Source: Lophium mytilinum
Taxonomy: Eukaryota
Direction of reading: 5' to 3'
Assembly (NCBI GenBank): GCA_010093605.1
Contig: MU004186.1
Span: 141,765-205,764, forward strand
Length of the DNA: 64,000 nt
A program made the translations under genes and the position numbers. Under the pieces are notes generated by a model. It did not search any database. It saw only the letters and a program-made list of their open reading frames with translations, and was not told the origin of the DNA. Shown one piece after another: positions 62,545 through 64,000 of this stretch. Positions within the stretch are counted from its first letter, which is position 1. Every line of letters begins with the position of its first letter.

Positions 62545-62643
62545 ACGATGTAAAGATCGACCCGATGAATATTATACTACCCTTTGACTAATCAGAGACA
62601 TGCTGCCTAGGGCACTCCCTACAGTAGTGTCGATAGAGCAAGA
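62545..62643 (+). repeat. Solo copy of the 20-28 kb array core
   Basis: ACGATGTAAAGATCGACCCGATGAATATTATACTACCCTTTGAC...CTAGGGCACTCCCTACAGTAGTGTCGATAGAGCAAG, with the same 72-nt GATGT-to-anchor offset as the array units. Confidence 0.8.
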
Positions 62644-62848
62644 GTGCACTCTCGCACGACGAGGTCTGGTAAGCCACATTCCAACTAACGCCGTTAGGTC
62701 GAGTATTTCGAATCGTGGCTATTGTTCTCGATATCGTTCGTCTTGCCATCTATCTTGGCCATGACACTTCTGGCCGTCTTCGAGAACGGGACGTGCAGGC
62801 TTTCTGACGGACGCCTGTTTATAAGTTTGGGGACACTTGTAAACTTAA

Positions 62849-62891
62849 ACCAATCAAAGTCCTATGGTCTAGTGGTATGACGTTCGCCTCA
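62849..62891 (+). pseudogene. Inverted 43-bp copy of the tRNA-Val 5' half plus 9 nt of upstream flank
   Basis: ACCAATCAAAGTCCTATGGTCTAGTGGTATGACGTTCGCCTCA is the exact reverse complement of 61277-61319 and stops inside the anticodon. Confidence 0.9.
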
Positions 62892-64000
62892 GCCTTTGCG
62901 CCTACTACCTGCCGCGTTGAGGGGAGTACGTCTAGCAATATCTTCTCGAGAGCCGTGCAGCAGGATTTTTGATGTGATAAAACCAAGAGATGCAATAACG
63001 AAGCAGCATTTTAAAGCGCCCAATATTTGCAAGGAACTCAAATTGAAAATTACTGTATCTAGATGAAACATACACTATTAATCGTCTCTTCTTAGCGCTG
63101 CTGAGAAAGCTGTGTGATGGCGTGTATCATGAATTGATTAGCTACCCCGTTGATTCGAAGGTATTCTATGTAGAATACTTGGGTTGGGTACCGGGCGCAG
63201 AAGGTTTTGAGATCCCCACTGAACCATTCCCCGTCAACACCAAGAACCCATAACCATCTCACGACCCGGGCGCGCAACTCCCAGACCAGCAGAGAGGCTG
63301 AGACTCTCGCCAAAGCTCTGGAGTCAAGTTGGCAAAGAGAGAAAAGGGCACTTTGATTGAAATAGAATTTAGTTCTGTGAAGTTGTTCAAGGTAACTCCT
63401 CTTAGTTCTAGGCGGTCCTCCTCTTCCAGCTTAGCGTGTGATTGGGGCGGGGTCATTACAAAGTAGCGTCCCAAATGTCGTTACCAACAACACAACATCC
63501 CTTCTTCGGACCTCCACAAACTTGCCACTACTCTATCACAACGCCAACCAAAACGGATTACTACGTTGCGATACATCAGCTTTTATTTCCGGTGACTCCG
63601 ACAACACTCCGACGACGTGCAGGGATTTCGACGAGCTCGTGCACGCTGTCGTAGACGTTACCGAGCGCCACCACCCACCATCTTCAAAAATGTATAGCTT
63701 CCTCTACATCACTACATCTCGACCTAGGTGCAAATTGCTGGAAGAAGTAAAACTTGTCGAACTGCGGGGCTGGCCATTAGGCCGAGCCTTGGTGGTAGAA
63801 GCCCACCCTGTCACCCAATGCATATTATCAAGTCTGGCCAGGAGTCGATCGGTGACGCGGCTCAATGAAGCATCTGCCCCTGGCTTCGAGCCCAGAACGG
63901 TAATCTGGCCTGCAAGCCCCTCCTGATGCAGCTCGCAGTTGTCTCCAGGAGGAGCTACGGGACGGGCCTTGCGGCTGTGATTGGCGGGAGTGTTTGTCGT

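Noticed and set aside
63092..64000. ORFs at the right edge
   Set aside because: Fragmentary on both strands with no recognisable domain; cannot be supported without flanking sequence.

Overview
Eukaryotic, intron-rich fungal DNA. It is Pezizomycotina, most likely a Dothideomycete (inferred from gene content, GT-AG introns with CTRAY branch sites and RIP signatures). The left end carries a RIP-degraded hAT transposon end (1-1579), a 338-bp TA-flanked MITE and a complete RIP-degraded Mutator-like element with a 9-bp TSD (6146-9534). Genes follow: a CBM21 PP1 glycogen-targeting subunit, an EBP/EXPERA protein, a RING-ZZ-SH3 protein, a ~1700-aa repeat-rich protein, two tandem 2OG-Fe(II)-oxygenase-like paralogs lacking their iron ligands, a Pol mu-like DNA polymerase X, Set9, mitochondrial uL14, Rpb9, Ess1/Pin1, small hypothetical proteins and an intron-containing tRNA-Val(CAC). 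The most unusual element is an ~8.3-kb non-RIPed tandem array (20163-28445) of about 57 highly diverged copies of a ~97-bp core. Its internal spacing is almost invariant, while the period steps down from ~321 to ~230 to ~150 to ~107 bp. A solo copy of the core lies 34 kb away, between the tRNA-Val gene and an inverted copy of its 5' half. Also notable is an open Cys-rich alternative C-terminus inside Rpb9 intron 2. All exon structures and repeat counts were read by eye; no searches were run.
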